A stretch of DNA of 64,000 bases from an uncultured Gemmatimonadaceae bacterium (GTDB lineage Bacteria; Gemmatimonadota; Gemmatimonadetes; Gemmatimonadales; Gemmatimonadaceae). The stretch is taken from assembly GCA_963822945.1 (NCBI GenBank), contig CAWGJO010000020.1:448001-512000 (forward strand), given 5' to 3'. A model generated the notes under the pieces. That model ran no database searches and was not told the origin of the DNA. It worked only from the letters and a program-made list of their open reading frames with translations. Made by a program: the position numbers and the translations under genes. Positions 31,278-40,019 of the stretch are shown one piece after another (position 1 is the stretch's first letter; every line of letters begins with the position of its first letter).

Positions 31278-31308
31278 TCGGTTGGACACCTCGACTGGTC
31301 GAACGGTT
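31278..31308 (-). promoter_or_regulatory. Putative ECF-sigma promoter AACC-N17-GTCCAACCGA
   Basis: Minus strand reads AACC GTTCGACCAGTCGAGGT GTCCAACCGA. Confidence 0.6.
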
Positions 31309-31313
31309 GCGGT

Positions 31314-33989
31314 CTACTCGGCCCGCAACGCGATTACAGGATCCACTCGGGGGGCCCGCCGGGCGGGTAGGTAGCTGGCTGCGCCGGCGACCACCAGCAG
31401 CCCCACCGGGATGGCTACGAACACCGCCGGATCCGTAGGCGAGATGCCGTAGAGAAGTCCGGCCAGCAACCGCGCACCGGCCAGCGCGCCCGCCAAGCCG
31501 ATTGTCGTCCCGCCAAGTGCCAGCCGCAGCCCGCCGCCGGTGATGAGCTTCGACACGTCGCCGGCGCAAGCACCCAGCGCGATGCGCACACCGATTTCCC
31601 GCATACGCTGGCTCACACCGTATGCGATGGTGCCGTAGAGTCCGATGGCAGCCAGCAGCAGCGCAAGTGCGGCAAACGAGCCCACGAGCGCTGTGGCGAA
31701 ACGCGGAATGGCGAGCGCCCCATCGACGATCTCCGACTCGGTGTTGGCGGAGAGAATCGGAACCAGCGGATCGACAGACCGCAGCACGCTCTTGACCGTC
31801 GCGAGCGCAACGCGTTCGTTGGTGTTTGGCGACACACGAACAAAGAGCCCCGACATCCTGCTGACGTTGTCGGCCCGGGTCGGCTGGTATTCCTGCAGCG
31901 GGGGTGCTCCGCCCAAGGCAACGAGCCCGACATCGCTCACCACTCCCTTGACCGTAATCCACGGGCCGAACCAGGGTGCGTTCACCCGACGGAACCGCTT
32001 GCCGACCGCCGGCTGCCCCGGCCAGAGGCGCTCGGCCAGGCTCTTGTCGATGATCTCGACGTTGGGCTCGCTCCGTTCATCCTGAGCGCTGAACGTCTGG
32101 CCGGCCAGCATACGAATTCCCAGCACACGAAAGTAGTCGCCGGGAACGTGCCGGCGCTCGATGGTCAGAAACCGCGGTTGACCGGCCATCGGCCCGTCTT
32201 CAGCTGCCACGTTGCCGCCGCTCGTGCCGAGGGTGGCCTGCAGCATGCTACCCGATGCAGGAACTGCCGCTTCAACGCCGGGCAGTGCGCGTACCCGTGC
32301 CAGCACTGAATTCCAGTAGCCCGCCTCGGACGTCGAGTCGGGATACCGCGCCCGGGGCCACACACTGAACTCCAGCATCCCCGCCGGCGTGTATCCCGGG
32401 TCGATGGCCAGCATCTTCAGGAGGCTGTGCGTCGGAAGGCCGGCGCCAATGAGCAACAGGCATGCCACTGCCACTTCGCCCACTACGATCGCCGATTGCA
32501 GGCGTCGACCACCGGGACTTCCATGCCCGGCCTGGGAAACTCGACGCAGCGCCCCTGCCAGGCGGGATCTGGTGGTGTGCAATGCCGGCACCACACCGTA
32601 GATCAGGCTGGTGCAGAGAATCATCGCGACGCCGAATGCCAGAACTCGACGATCGAGTTGGACCGTGGCGAGCTGCCCCAGTACGTCGGGGTGCGACTTC
32701 ACGATCACCTGAAGGGCAGCCCACGCAAGCAGGATGCCGCAGGTCCCGCCTACAATCGCGAGTGTCAGCGATTCGGCCATCAACTGTCGCAACAGCCGTC
32801 CGCGCGACGCGCCGAGTGCCGCGCGAATAACGATCTCCTGGGCCCGGCGGCTGGCTCTCACGAGTTGCAGATTCGCCACATTGGCGCACGCGATGAGCAG
32901 GACCAATAGTGTGGCCCAGAATAGCGCCCACAGCCCTTCGGTGAACGAGCTGCCCAAGAGCATCGACGGTCGCACCAGCACAGCGGATGGCGCATCGGCC
33001 AACTTCACTGGCCCAGTTGCCGCCATCAGACGATGCATCAGCAGTGTGAGTTCCTGCTCCGCCCGGGTGACCGACACACCGGACTTGAGCAATCCGACGC
33101 CCTGAATGCCCTGCATCGTGGATCCGAGCTTCGCCAGGCGCACTGACGTGATCGGCACCCAGAGGTCCACCTCTTGATAGTCACGCAGCGCGATGAGCTG
33201 TTCTGGAGCGACGCCGATCACGGTGTATGTCGTGTCCTTGATCTTGATCGCCTGCCCGACGACGTCGGACCTGGCCCCGAACTCTCGGCGCCAGAACCCT
33301 TCGCCCAGCATGACTACCCGCGGCGCCCCGCGCGCGGTATCCGCGCTGACGAACGTTCGCCCGAGTACCGAGTGAACGCCGAGCGATTGAAAAAGCGTCG
33401 GGCTGACCCCCGTTCCCGATGCAAAGACCGAGCGGTCCGGCTCGGTCACCAGGCCACCTGCGTATGGATCGAGCAGACTGATGGTCTCGAACGATCCGGC
33501 GTTATGTGCCCAGTTGGCCACATCGTTCGATGTGACCCAATCGCTCACGTCTCTCCCAGGAAACTGCGCCGCGAGAATCACGATGCGATCTTCGTGCGCA
33601 AACGGCAGCGGATGCAGGATCAACCGATTCACGACGCTGTACACCGCCGTCGTCGCGCCTATCCCCAGCGCGATCGTCAACACCGACGTCACCACGAACC
33701 CCGGACTCTTCCGCAGCGACCGCACGGCGTACTTCACGTCCTGCCCGAGTTGTTCCAGCCACCGCACGCCCCGCGCGTCCCGCTGCGCTTCACGGTACTT
33801 CCCCACTCCGCCGAACGCGATCATCGCCTGGCGGTGAGCCTCTTCCCGCGACAACCCCTGCGTGCGCATCAGGTCCTCGGTCTCCATCTCCACGTGGAGC
33901 CGGATCTCCTCGGCCAGCTCGGCATCCATCGAGTCGCCGTGAATGAGCGCGCGCGCTCGACGGCGAAGCCGTTTCACCCAGGTCGGCAC
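31314..33989 (-). CDS. ADOP-type permease with N-terminal prefix domain, in an operon with PadR
   Basis: ELAEEIRLHVE...AMIAFGG prefix, QDVKYAVRSL, ACANVANL; ends DPVIALRAE. Confidence 0.9.
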   Translation of the reverse strand: MPTWVKRLRRRARALIHGDSMDAELAEEIRLHVEMETEDLMRTQGLSREEAHRQAMIAFGGVGKYREAQRDARGVRWLEQLGQDVKYAVRSLRKSPGFVVTSVLTIALGIGATTAVYSVVNRLILHPLPFAHEDRIVILAAQFPGRDVSDWVTSNDVANWAHNAGSFETISLLDPYAGGLVTEPDRSVFASGTGVSPTLFQSLGVHSVLGRTFVSADTARGAPRVVMLGEGFWRREFGARSDVVGQAIKIKDTTYTVIGVAPEQLIALRDYQEVDLWVPITSVRLAKLGSTMQGIQGVGLLKSGVSVTRAEQELTLLMHRLMAATGPVKLADAPSAVLVRPSMLLGSSFTEGLWALFWATLLVLLIACANVANLQLVRASRRAQEIVIRAALGASRGRLLRQLMAESLTLAIVGGTCGILLAWAALQVIVKSHPDVLGQLATVQLDRRVLAFGVAMILCTSLIYGVVPALHTTRSRLAGALRRVSQAGHGSPGGRRLQSAIVVGEVAVACLLLIGAGLPTHSLLKMLAIDPGYTPAGMLEFSVWPRARYPDSTSEAGYWNSVLARVRALPGVEAAVPASGSMLQATLGTSGGNVAAEDGPMAGQPRFLTIERRHVPGDYFRVLGIRMLAGQTFSAQDERSEPNVEIIDKSLAERLWPGQPAVGKRFRRVNAPWFGPWITVKGVVSDVGLVALGGAPPLQEYQPTRADNVSRMSGLFVRVSPNTNERVALATVKSVLRSVDPLVPILSANTESEIVDGALAIPRFATALVGSFAALALLLAAIGLYGTIAYGVSQRMREIGVRIALGACAGDVSKLITGGGLRLALGGTTIGLAGALAGARLLAGLLYGISPTDPAVFVAIPVGLLVVAGAASYLPARRAPRVDPVIALRAE

Positions 33990-34002
33990 CGAACGGCTCC
34001 GC

Positions 34003-34332
34003 TCAGGTGGCCTTCAGGATGCGATCCACGGCCGTCGAGAACAGCTTCCACTCGGCACGCTCGGCGGCCAGTCGCTTCTTTCCGTCCGCCGTCAGCGAAT
34101 AGATCTTGGCCCGCCGGCCCTCGGGGCTCGTCCCCCATTCCGCTTCGATCCACCCCTTGTCTTCCAGACGGTAGAGCGCGGGATAGAGGCTCCCCTGCCC
34201 GACGTCGAGCACGTCGCTCGAGAGCTGCCGCAGCCGCTTCGAGATGGCCCATCCGTGGAGCGGCCCCAGCACGAGAGTCTTCAGGATCAATAGGTCGAGC
34301 GTTCCCTGCAGCAGATCGGCGCGTTCCGACAT
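34003..34332 (-). CDS. PadR family regulator (ADOP-associated type)
   Basis: LLQGTLDLLILKTL, GSLYPALYRLE and RRAKIYSLT motifs. Confidence 0.93.
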   Translation of the reverse strand: MSERADLLQGTLDLLILKTLVLGPLHGWAISKRLRQLSSDVLDVGQGSLYPALYRLEDKGWIEAEWGTSPEGRRAKIYSLTADGKKRLAAERAEWKLFSTAVDRILKAT

Positions 34333-34351
34333 CTCGGCTCCGGGAAGGTGG

Positions 34352-34407
34352 GATACCTTGCCATTCGACAACATGGTGCGGCTTGTATTGTCGGATGTCA
34401 AGGTATC
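34352..34407. promoter_or_regulatory. 20-bp inverted repeat over the padR promoter (putative operator)
   Basis: GATACCTTGCCATTCGACAA-N16-TTGTCGGATGTCAAGGTATC (18/20); contains TTGACA on the minus strand. Confidence 0.7.
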
Positions 34408-34478
34408 AGGGGCCAACCGGCAAACCGTTGCTCGTCGATTCGATTGGCGACCGTTCTCGGCCGATGTATATAGATCGC

Positions 34479-34736
34479 ATGGTTCGAATTCAGCTCGATC
34501 TCGACACGAACATGCACCGCCGCCTCCGCGAGCTTGCGGATCGACAGGGGCGCACGGTGTCGGACCTGGTGCGCGAAGCGGTCGCCCGCACCTACGGCCC
34601 GATCGAAACGGACGCAAGAATCTCGAGCCTCGAGGCAATCAGCGGACTATGGCAAGATCGGGCGGATCTCGGCGCCACCGAAGCGTACGTGGGGCGGCTT
34701 CGGGGCGATACGCGGCGGAAGCGCACGAAGGCGTAG
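34479..34736 (+). CDS. Ribbon-helix-helix (CopG/VapB-like) antitoxin
   Basis: MVRIQLDL beta strand, GRTVSDLVREAV, GLWQDR; directly upstream of a PIN gene. Confidence 0.82.
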   Translation: MVRIQLDLDTNMHRRLRELADRQGRTVSDLVREAVARTYGPIETDARISSLEAISGLWQDRADLGATEAYVGRLRGDTRRKRTKA

Positions 34737-35114
34737 CCGGCGTCCTCTACGACTCCGACGTCATCATCGAACTGCTGCGAGGCCGGTCGAAGGTCGTAGA
34801 AGCGGCGCGGCGTCTGGAGAGTTCCGGCGTCCCCACCTCCTGCTCGGCCGTTTCGCTGGCCGAGATCTATGCCGGGATCCGGCCAGGCGAAGAAGCGCCA
34901 ACTCAGGCCTTCTTCGACGCGCGAGGCGAGATTCGTCCTGGACAGCCAGGTCGGACGCGTTGCGGGTTCGTACCTCGCGCGCTTCGCCGGCTCACATGGG
35001 TTGGAGCTCGGCGACGCGCTGATCGCGGCCGCCGCCACGACCTCCGGCGTGCGCCTCTGGACGCGCAATCGTAAACACTACCCGATGGCGGACGTTCGCT
35101 TCCACGACGAGTAG
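34733..35114 (+). pseudogene. vapC: VapC/PIN toxin, frameshifted near 34933 and without a clear start codon
   Basis: VLYDSDVIIE and SLAEIYAG in one frame; DALIAAAA and LWTRNRKHYP in the next. Confidence 0.8.
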
Positions 35115-35239
35115 TCGACGGCGGGATCAGCTCGACCGCAGAATCTCCACCGAGTCGGCCGACGACCGCAGGGTGTGCCGCTCTGCATTTCCACACCGTA
35201 TCTTCCCGAAGCCCCCGCCCACCCGCTCCCACCCTCGCC

Positions 35240-36676
35240 ATGCGCCGTCTCCTCTCCCTCGCCGCCCTCGCCGCCGCGCTCCTCGCCCCGGCCACGCGCG
35301 CACTCGCCCAGACCCAGACCCACGACCTCGTCATCCTCGGCGGCTGGCTCTTCACCTCCACCGACACGGTGCGCGTCCACAACCCGGGCATCCTCATCCG
35401 CGCGGGCAAGTTCCAGCGTGTGGGTGGCGATCTCTCCGAAGTCAAACCGGGCGCCGACACGATCCGCCTCACCGACGACGAGACCATCACCCCGGGCCTC
35501 ATCGATCTCCACGCGCACTACCACATGCAGCTCTTCGGCAATGGACGCGTGGACGAAACGGCGGCCTACCCGTCGCTCTTCCTGGCCAACGGCGTCACCA
35601 GCACATGGCCCGCCGGCGAGATGCAGCCCGACTCGATGCGCGCCCTGCGCATCCGCATCGACCGCGGACTCGAGCCGGGGCCGCGGCTCCTCAACTCCGG
35701 CCCCTACTTCGGCAGCGCGCGCCCCGGCTGGTCGCGCAGCATCACCACCGATTCGATCTACGCCGAGGTGGACCACTGGGCCGAGCTGGGCGTGCGCGGA
35801 TTCAAGGCCAAGGGCGTGACGGCCCCTGAACTGGAGGCGCTCATCGACCGTGCGCACCAGCACGGGCTGACGGTCACCGGACACCTCGGCTCCGGCTTCC
35901 GCGGCACCGTGAACCCGCGCGACGCGATCCTCATGGGCATCGACCGCATCGAGCACTTCATGGGCGGCGACGCCTACCCGGCCACCCGCAGCGCGTATGC
36001 GTCCCTCGAGAACTTCACCGATTCGACCTTCGCGTCGCCCGCCTACCAGCGCACCTTCCAGCTCTACATCCGGCACCACGTGTACTACGACGCGACGATC
36101 AGTGCCTACGGGTATTACGGCAAGCGCGATCCGCGGGTGTTCACCTACTTCACCGACGAGAAGCGCTTTCTCACGCCCTACGTGCGCAAGCTCGTCGACT
36201 CGCGTGGCCGCCCGCCGGTGATGGAGCAGTTCGAGAAGATCTACTGGGTCAAGCAGAAGGAGATCAAAGCCTTCTACGATGCCGGCGGCAAGGACCTCAT
36301 CACACTCGGCACCGACCACCCGAGCCACGGCGAGTATCTCACCCCGTTCGCCGTACACCGCGAGCTGCTGGCGTTCGTGCTCTCGGGCATCCCACCGTAC
36401 GCTGCCCTCCGTTTCGCCACCATCAACGCGGCCCACGCGATGGGACTCGGCGACCGACTGGGCTCCATCGAGACCGGGAAATGGGCGGACGCGGTGATCG
36501 TCCGCGGCAATCCGCTGGCCGACATCAAGGCCATGCGCTTCCCGCGGCTCGTGATCAAGGGCGGCATCGTGTTCGACCCGGCGAAACTTTCGAAGGCCGT
36601 CGAAGGCACGATCGGCCCGAAGACACCCGCCGACACCGTGCTCTGGCTGGGAGGAATGCACCTTCCGTATCGGTAG
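35240..36676 (+). CDS. Secreted metal-dependent amidohydrolase
   Basis: Signal peptide; PGLIDLHAH, RIEH, LGTD and GSIETGKWAD motifs. Confidence 0.92.
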   Translation: MRRLLSLAALAAALLAPATRALAQTQTHDLVILGGWLFTSTDTVRVHNPGILIRAGKFQRVGGDLSEVKPGADTIRLTDDETITPGLIDLHAHYHMQLFGNGRVDETAAYPSLFLANGVTSTWPAGEMQPDSMRALRIRIDRGLEPGPRLLNSGPYFGSARPGWSRSITTDSIYAEVDHWAELGVRGFKAKGVTAPELEALIDRAHQHGLTVTGHLGSGFRGTVNPRDAILMGIDRIEHFMGGDAYPATRSAYASLENFTDSTFASPAYQRTFQLYIRHHVYYDATISAYGYYGKRDPRVFTYFTDEKRFLTPYVRKLVDSRGRPPVMEQFEKIYWVKQKEIKAFYDAGGKDLITLGTDHPSHGEYLTPFAVHRELLAFVLSGIPPYAALRFATINAAHAMGLGDRLGSIETGKWADAVIVRGNPLADIKAMRFPRLVIKGGIVFDPAKLSKAVEGTIGPKTPADTVLWLGGMHLPYR

Positions 36677-36690
36677 AACTGGAATCATGG

Positions 36691-36727
36691 TTGACAGTTA
36701 CACTTTAGTTCCATATACTTCGTAACT
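36691..36727 (+). promoter_or_regulatory. Near-consensus sigma70 promoter with overlapping inverted repeat
   Basis: TTGACA (36691)-N17-TATACT (36714); AGTTAC (36696) and GTAACT (36722). Confidence 0.75.
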
Positions 36728-36785
36728 CGTTCTGCCATAGACAGATATTATCCGGCATTGAACGTCGTTTGCCTCGGAGGGTGCC

Positions 36786-37019
36786 ATGGGGGTACTGACC
36801 AGCAAGACGAGAGCGCAGGGGGCGTCGATCGTGACGACGCTTCCCGCCGAGGTCGCCAGGCGCCTGGGCATTCCCGCCGGCCAGGAACTCGACTGGATCG
36901 AGGATGGGATGGGCGGGTTTCGCGTGGTGCCACACACGGCCGAGCTCGAACGAGCGCTGGACGCGCATGAACAGATCATGGCCGAGTACGACGCCGTGTT
37001 CCGCCAACTGGCCAAGTGA
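36786..37019 (+). CDS. AbrB/MazE-fold antitoxin
   Basis: QGASIVTTLPAEV..LGI..GQEL and VFRQLAK; GGAGG RBS; GTGA overlap with doc. Confidence 0.85.
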   Translation: MGVLTSKTRAQGASIVTTLPAEVARRLGIPAGQELDWIEDGMGGFRVVPHTAELERALDAHEQIMAEYDAVFRQLAK

Positions 37020-37423
37020 CGGAGCGAAAGCTCTCGGACGAACCCAGATGGATAAGTGAACCGATGCTCGCCGCCATTCACGCTCAGCAGATCGAGCGAT
37101 ATGGCGGCGCGCACGGAGTCGTGGATCGTGGCGTAGTCCAATCTTCGCTCGCGCGTCCAATCAACCGTTGGCACTATGATGCGGGGGCGGACCTCGCCGA
37201 TCTGGCGGCGGCGTACCTGGTTGGATTCGCACGCTCCCAGGGGTTCGTCGACGGCAACAAGCGGACGGGTCTGGCGACGGCGCTCGTGTTCCTGACCGTG
37301 AACGGCAGACCGTTGCACGCCCCCGGCGTCGAGTTGTTTGCCCTGACGATGTCTATTGCCGAAGGCAAGGCGGACGACGCCGTGGCATCGCGCTATCTTC
37401 GTCAACGCCTCTCCGAAACCTGA
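37016..37423 (+). CDS. doc: Doc/Fic family toxin with variant motif (QGFVDGNKRT)
   Basis: IHAQQIERYGG, SSLARP, LAAAY and FVDGNKRT motifs. Confidence 0.88.
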   Translation: MTERKLSDEPRWISEPMLAAIHAQQIERYGGAHGVVDRGVVQSSLARPINRWHYDAGADLADLAAAYLVGFARSQGFVDGNKRTGLATALVFLTVNGRPLHAPGVELFALTMSIAEGKADDAVASRYLRQRLSET

Positions 37424-37434
37424 ACGAAACTCCG

Positions 37435-37992
37435 ATGCCCGACACCACGAAGCTCGCCTCCCTCCTCGCCCGCCTCTCGTACCGCGAGGGCGACTTCACC
37501 CTCGCCTCCGGCGCCAAGAGCACCTTCTATCTCGACGCCAAGCAGGTGACGTACCATCCCGAGGGCGTCGAATTGGTAGGCAACGCCGTCCTGCAGCTCG
37601 CGCAGGAGTTCGGCGCCCAGGCCGTGGGCGGCCCGACGCTCGGTGCCGACGCGATCGTGTCGAACGCGGTGTACGCGTCCGCCCTCGCCGGACATCCGCT
37701 CCCGGGATTCATCGTCCGCAAGGAGGCCAAACAGCACGGGCTCGGCAAATGGGTCGAGGGCATCGATCCCAGGGGCAAGAAGGTGGTGATCGTCGAGGAC
37801 GTCACCACCTCCGGCGGGTCGCTGCTCAAGGCGGTGGAGCACGTGCGCGAGGCGGGCGCCGAGATCGTGGTCGCGACCGCCGTGGTGGATCGCGAACAGG
37901 GAGGCGCCGCCGCCATCGAAGCGGCGGGCATTCCCTTCCGTCCGCTCTGCACCATCTCGCAGGTGCGCGCGGCGTTCCAGGGCGGCAAATGA
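37435..37992 (+). CDS. pyrE: Orotate phosphoribosyltransferase
   Basis: GDFTLASG, RKEAKQHG and VEDVTTSGGS motifs. Confidence 0.95.
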   Translation: MPDTTKLASLLARLSYREGDFTLASGAKSTFYLDAKQVTYHPEGVELVGNAVLQLAQEFGAQAVGGPTLGADAIVSNAVYASALAGHPLPGFIVRKEAKQHGLGKWVEGIDPRGKKVVIVEDVTTSGGSLLKAVEHVREAGAEIVVATAVVDREQGGAAAIEAAGIPFRPLCTISQVRAAFQGGK

Positions 37993-38975
37993 CCAACGAC
38001 TCCCAATCCACCCTCCCCTCGCTCGACGCGCTCGAGGCTGCCGACCGCCTGGTGAAGGCGGTGATGCCCGCGACACCGCAGTACCACTGGCCGCTCATCG
38101 ACCGCCTGGCCGGTACCACGGTGTGGGTGAAGCACGAGAACTACACGCCCATCGGCGCCTTCAAGATCCGCGGCGGGCTCGTGTACATGGACCGGCTCAA
38201 GCGCGCGCAGCCGAACGTGGAGGGCGTGGTCACCGCAACGCGTGGCAACCACGGGCAATCGGTGGCGTTCGCCGCGGCCCGACATGGGCTCAGGGCGCTC
38301 GTCGTCGTGCCGCACCGCAACAGCCGGGAGAAGAACGAAGCGATGCGCGCGCTGGGCGCCGAGCTCATCGAACACGGCGACGACTTCCAGGCATCGCTCG
38401 AGCACGCCGCGGAGCTGGCCCGCCAGCGCGGCTGGCACCCGATGCCGGCGTTCGACCCGGCCCTCGTCGCGGGCGTGGGCACCTACTCCATGGAATTCCT
38501 GCGCGCCGTGCCCGCGCTGCAAACCGTCTACGTGCCCATCGGGCTCGGCTCCGGCATCTGTGGCATGCTCGCCGCGAAGGAAGCGCTGGGACGTGACCTC
38601 GACGTGGTGGGCGTCGTGTCGTCCGCGGCTCCGGCGTACAAGCGCTCGTTGGAGGGCGCCGAACTGGTGTCGTGTCCCGTCGAAACCGTCATCGCCGACG
38701 GCGTGGCCTGCCGCACGCCCAACGCCACCGCGCTTGGCCTCATGCGCGGCCGCGTCGCCCGCGTCGTGGACGTGTCCGACGCCGAGGTGGCGCAGGCAAT
38801 GCGCGACATCTTCGCCGCCACGCACAACGTGGTGGAGGGCGCGGGCGCGCTGGGGCTCGCGGCGCTGCGCCAGGAGCGCGACGCGATGCGCGGCCGCACG
38901 GTGGGGATCGTATTCACCGGCGCCAACGTGGATGCCGACGTGTTCGCGCGGGTGCTCTCGGAGAACGAGGACTAG
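37989..38975 (+). CDS. Threonine/serine dehydratase family PLP enzyme
   Basis: KHENYTPIGAFKIRGG, ATRGNHGQ and PIGLGSG motifs; ATGA overlap with pyrE. Confidence 0.9.
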   Translation: MTNDSQSTLPSLDALEAADRLVKAVMPATPQYHWPLIDRLAGTTVWVKHENYTPIGAFKIRGGLVYMDRLKRAQPNVEGVVTATRGNHGQSVAFAAARHGLRALVVVPHRNSREKNEAMRALGAELIEHGDDFQASLEHAAELARQRGWHPMPAFDPALVAGVGTYSMEFLRAVPALQTVYVPIGLGSGICGMLAAKEALGRDLDVVGVVSSAAPAYKRSLEGAELVSCPVETVIADGVACRTPNATALGLMRGRVARVVDVSDAEVAQAMRDIFAATHNVVEGAGALGLAALRQERDAMRGRTVGIVFTGANVDADVFARVLSENED

Positions 38976-38989
38976 CTACACGACGCCGA

Positions 38990-39406
38990 TCACGGCTTGA
39001 ATCCGTTGGATGGCAGCATGATGCCTACCACGCGAACGCCGGCACCCGTGGCGGCGTCGATCGCCGAGAAGACCTGACTGTAGGTCGTGCCCGAGTGGCC
39101 GCCGACCTCGATGATCTTCGTAGGACGGCCCGCATAGATCTCGCGCAGGTAACTCCCGAGCTGGGCCCCGTCGACCGGCACTCCATTCACTCGGTAGGTG
39201 GGCCCGGCAGCCACTTCGAGCACGATGTCCTGGCCGCCTTCACAGCCCCCTCGGCATGATTCGGGAAGTTGCGCGTCCAGCGATCGGTGCACGCGGATTG
39301 ACGCTGCCATGAAGATCACGAGCAGCACGAGGAGTACGTCGAGCATCGGGGTCACGTTCATCTCGAATCGCGGCGAGAGACTGGCGACGTTCCGGCGAGT
39401 GGGCAT
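38990..39406 (-). CDS. exbD: Biopolymer transporter ExbD/TolR
   Basis: MNVTPMLDVLLVLLVIFM motif; GGAGG RBS. Confidence 0.88.
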   Translation of the reverse strand: MPTRRNVASLSPRFEMNVTPMLDVLLVLLVIFMAASIRVHRSLDAQLPESCRGGCEGGQDIVLEVAAGPTYRVNGVPVDGAQLGSYLREIYAGRPTKIIEVGGHSGTTYSQVFSAIDAATGAGVRVVGIMLPSNGFKP

Positions 39407-39547
39407 GGCTGCCTCCGGCATGACGTTGCCCGCAGGATACGCCTGCCGGATGAGGCCCTCGTGACACCGGAATGAAGAATCCGTGAACGCCGGATGACTT
39501 CTTGATTTCGGTGCAGACGCACTGGGCGCCGGCAACGCGGCCCCGCT

Positions 39548-39970
39548 CTACTCCGCTTCCTTCACCGCCGGACTGCCGGTATCGCGCCGGTGCTCGCGCA
39601 ACGCCGTGCGTGCCTCGGTCGCGAGTTGCTGGTAGCCGCGCTTGATGCGTGCCAGTTCCTGATCCTCGAGTTCCTCGAGGTCGAGCAGCGCATTGTGCGC
39701 ACCCTTCATCGCCCGAATCAGTTCGTCGAGTTTCACCTGGATGGCTTCCGTATCTCGGTTCTGCGTATTCTGAATCAGGAAGACCATCAGAAACGTCACG
39801 ATCGTGGTGCTGGTGTTGATCACCAACTGCCAGGTGTCGCTGAAATGAAACAGCGGGCCCGTGACGCCCCACACCACGATGATCGCCACCGCCAGCACGA
39901 AGGTGACCGGCCGGCCCGTGGTTCGGGACGCCCACTTCGCCAGACGCTTGAACCGGGATGGACCCATCAT
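39548..39970 (-). CDS. Low-affinity iron permease family protein
   Basis: FSDTWQLVINTSTTIVTFLMVFLIQNTQNRD and KLDELI motifs. Confidence 0.92.
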   Translation of the reverse strand: MMGPSRFKRLAKWASRTTGRPVTFVLAVAIIVVWGVTGPLFHFSDTWQLVINTSTTIVTFLMVFLIQNTQNRDTEAIQVKLDELIRAMKGAHNALLDLEELEDQELARIKRGYQQLATEARTALREHRRDTGSPAVKEAE

Positions 39971-40019
39971 GCTGCCTCCACGCCTGCGGTTGGCCGGCCG
40001 GAACGGTCGGGGGTGTCGT

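Noticed and set aside
31180..31962. 1091-aa permease with an N-terminal extension
   Set aside because: It overlaps the upstream permease and reads through the repeat; the family-typical start is 31179.
34410..37430. Integron cassette array or IS around the TA modules
   Set aside because: No integrase, transposase, attC-like sites or terminal repeats recognised.
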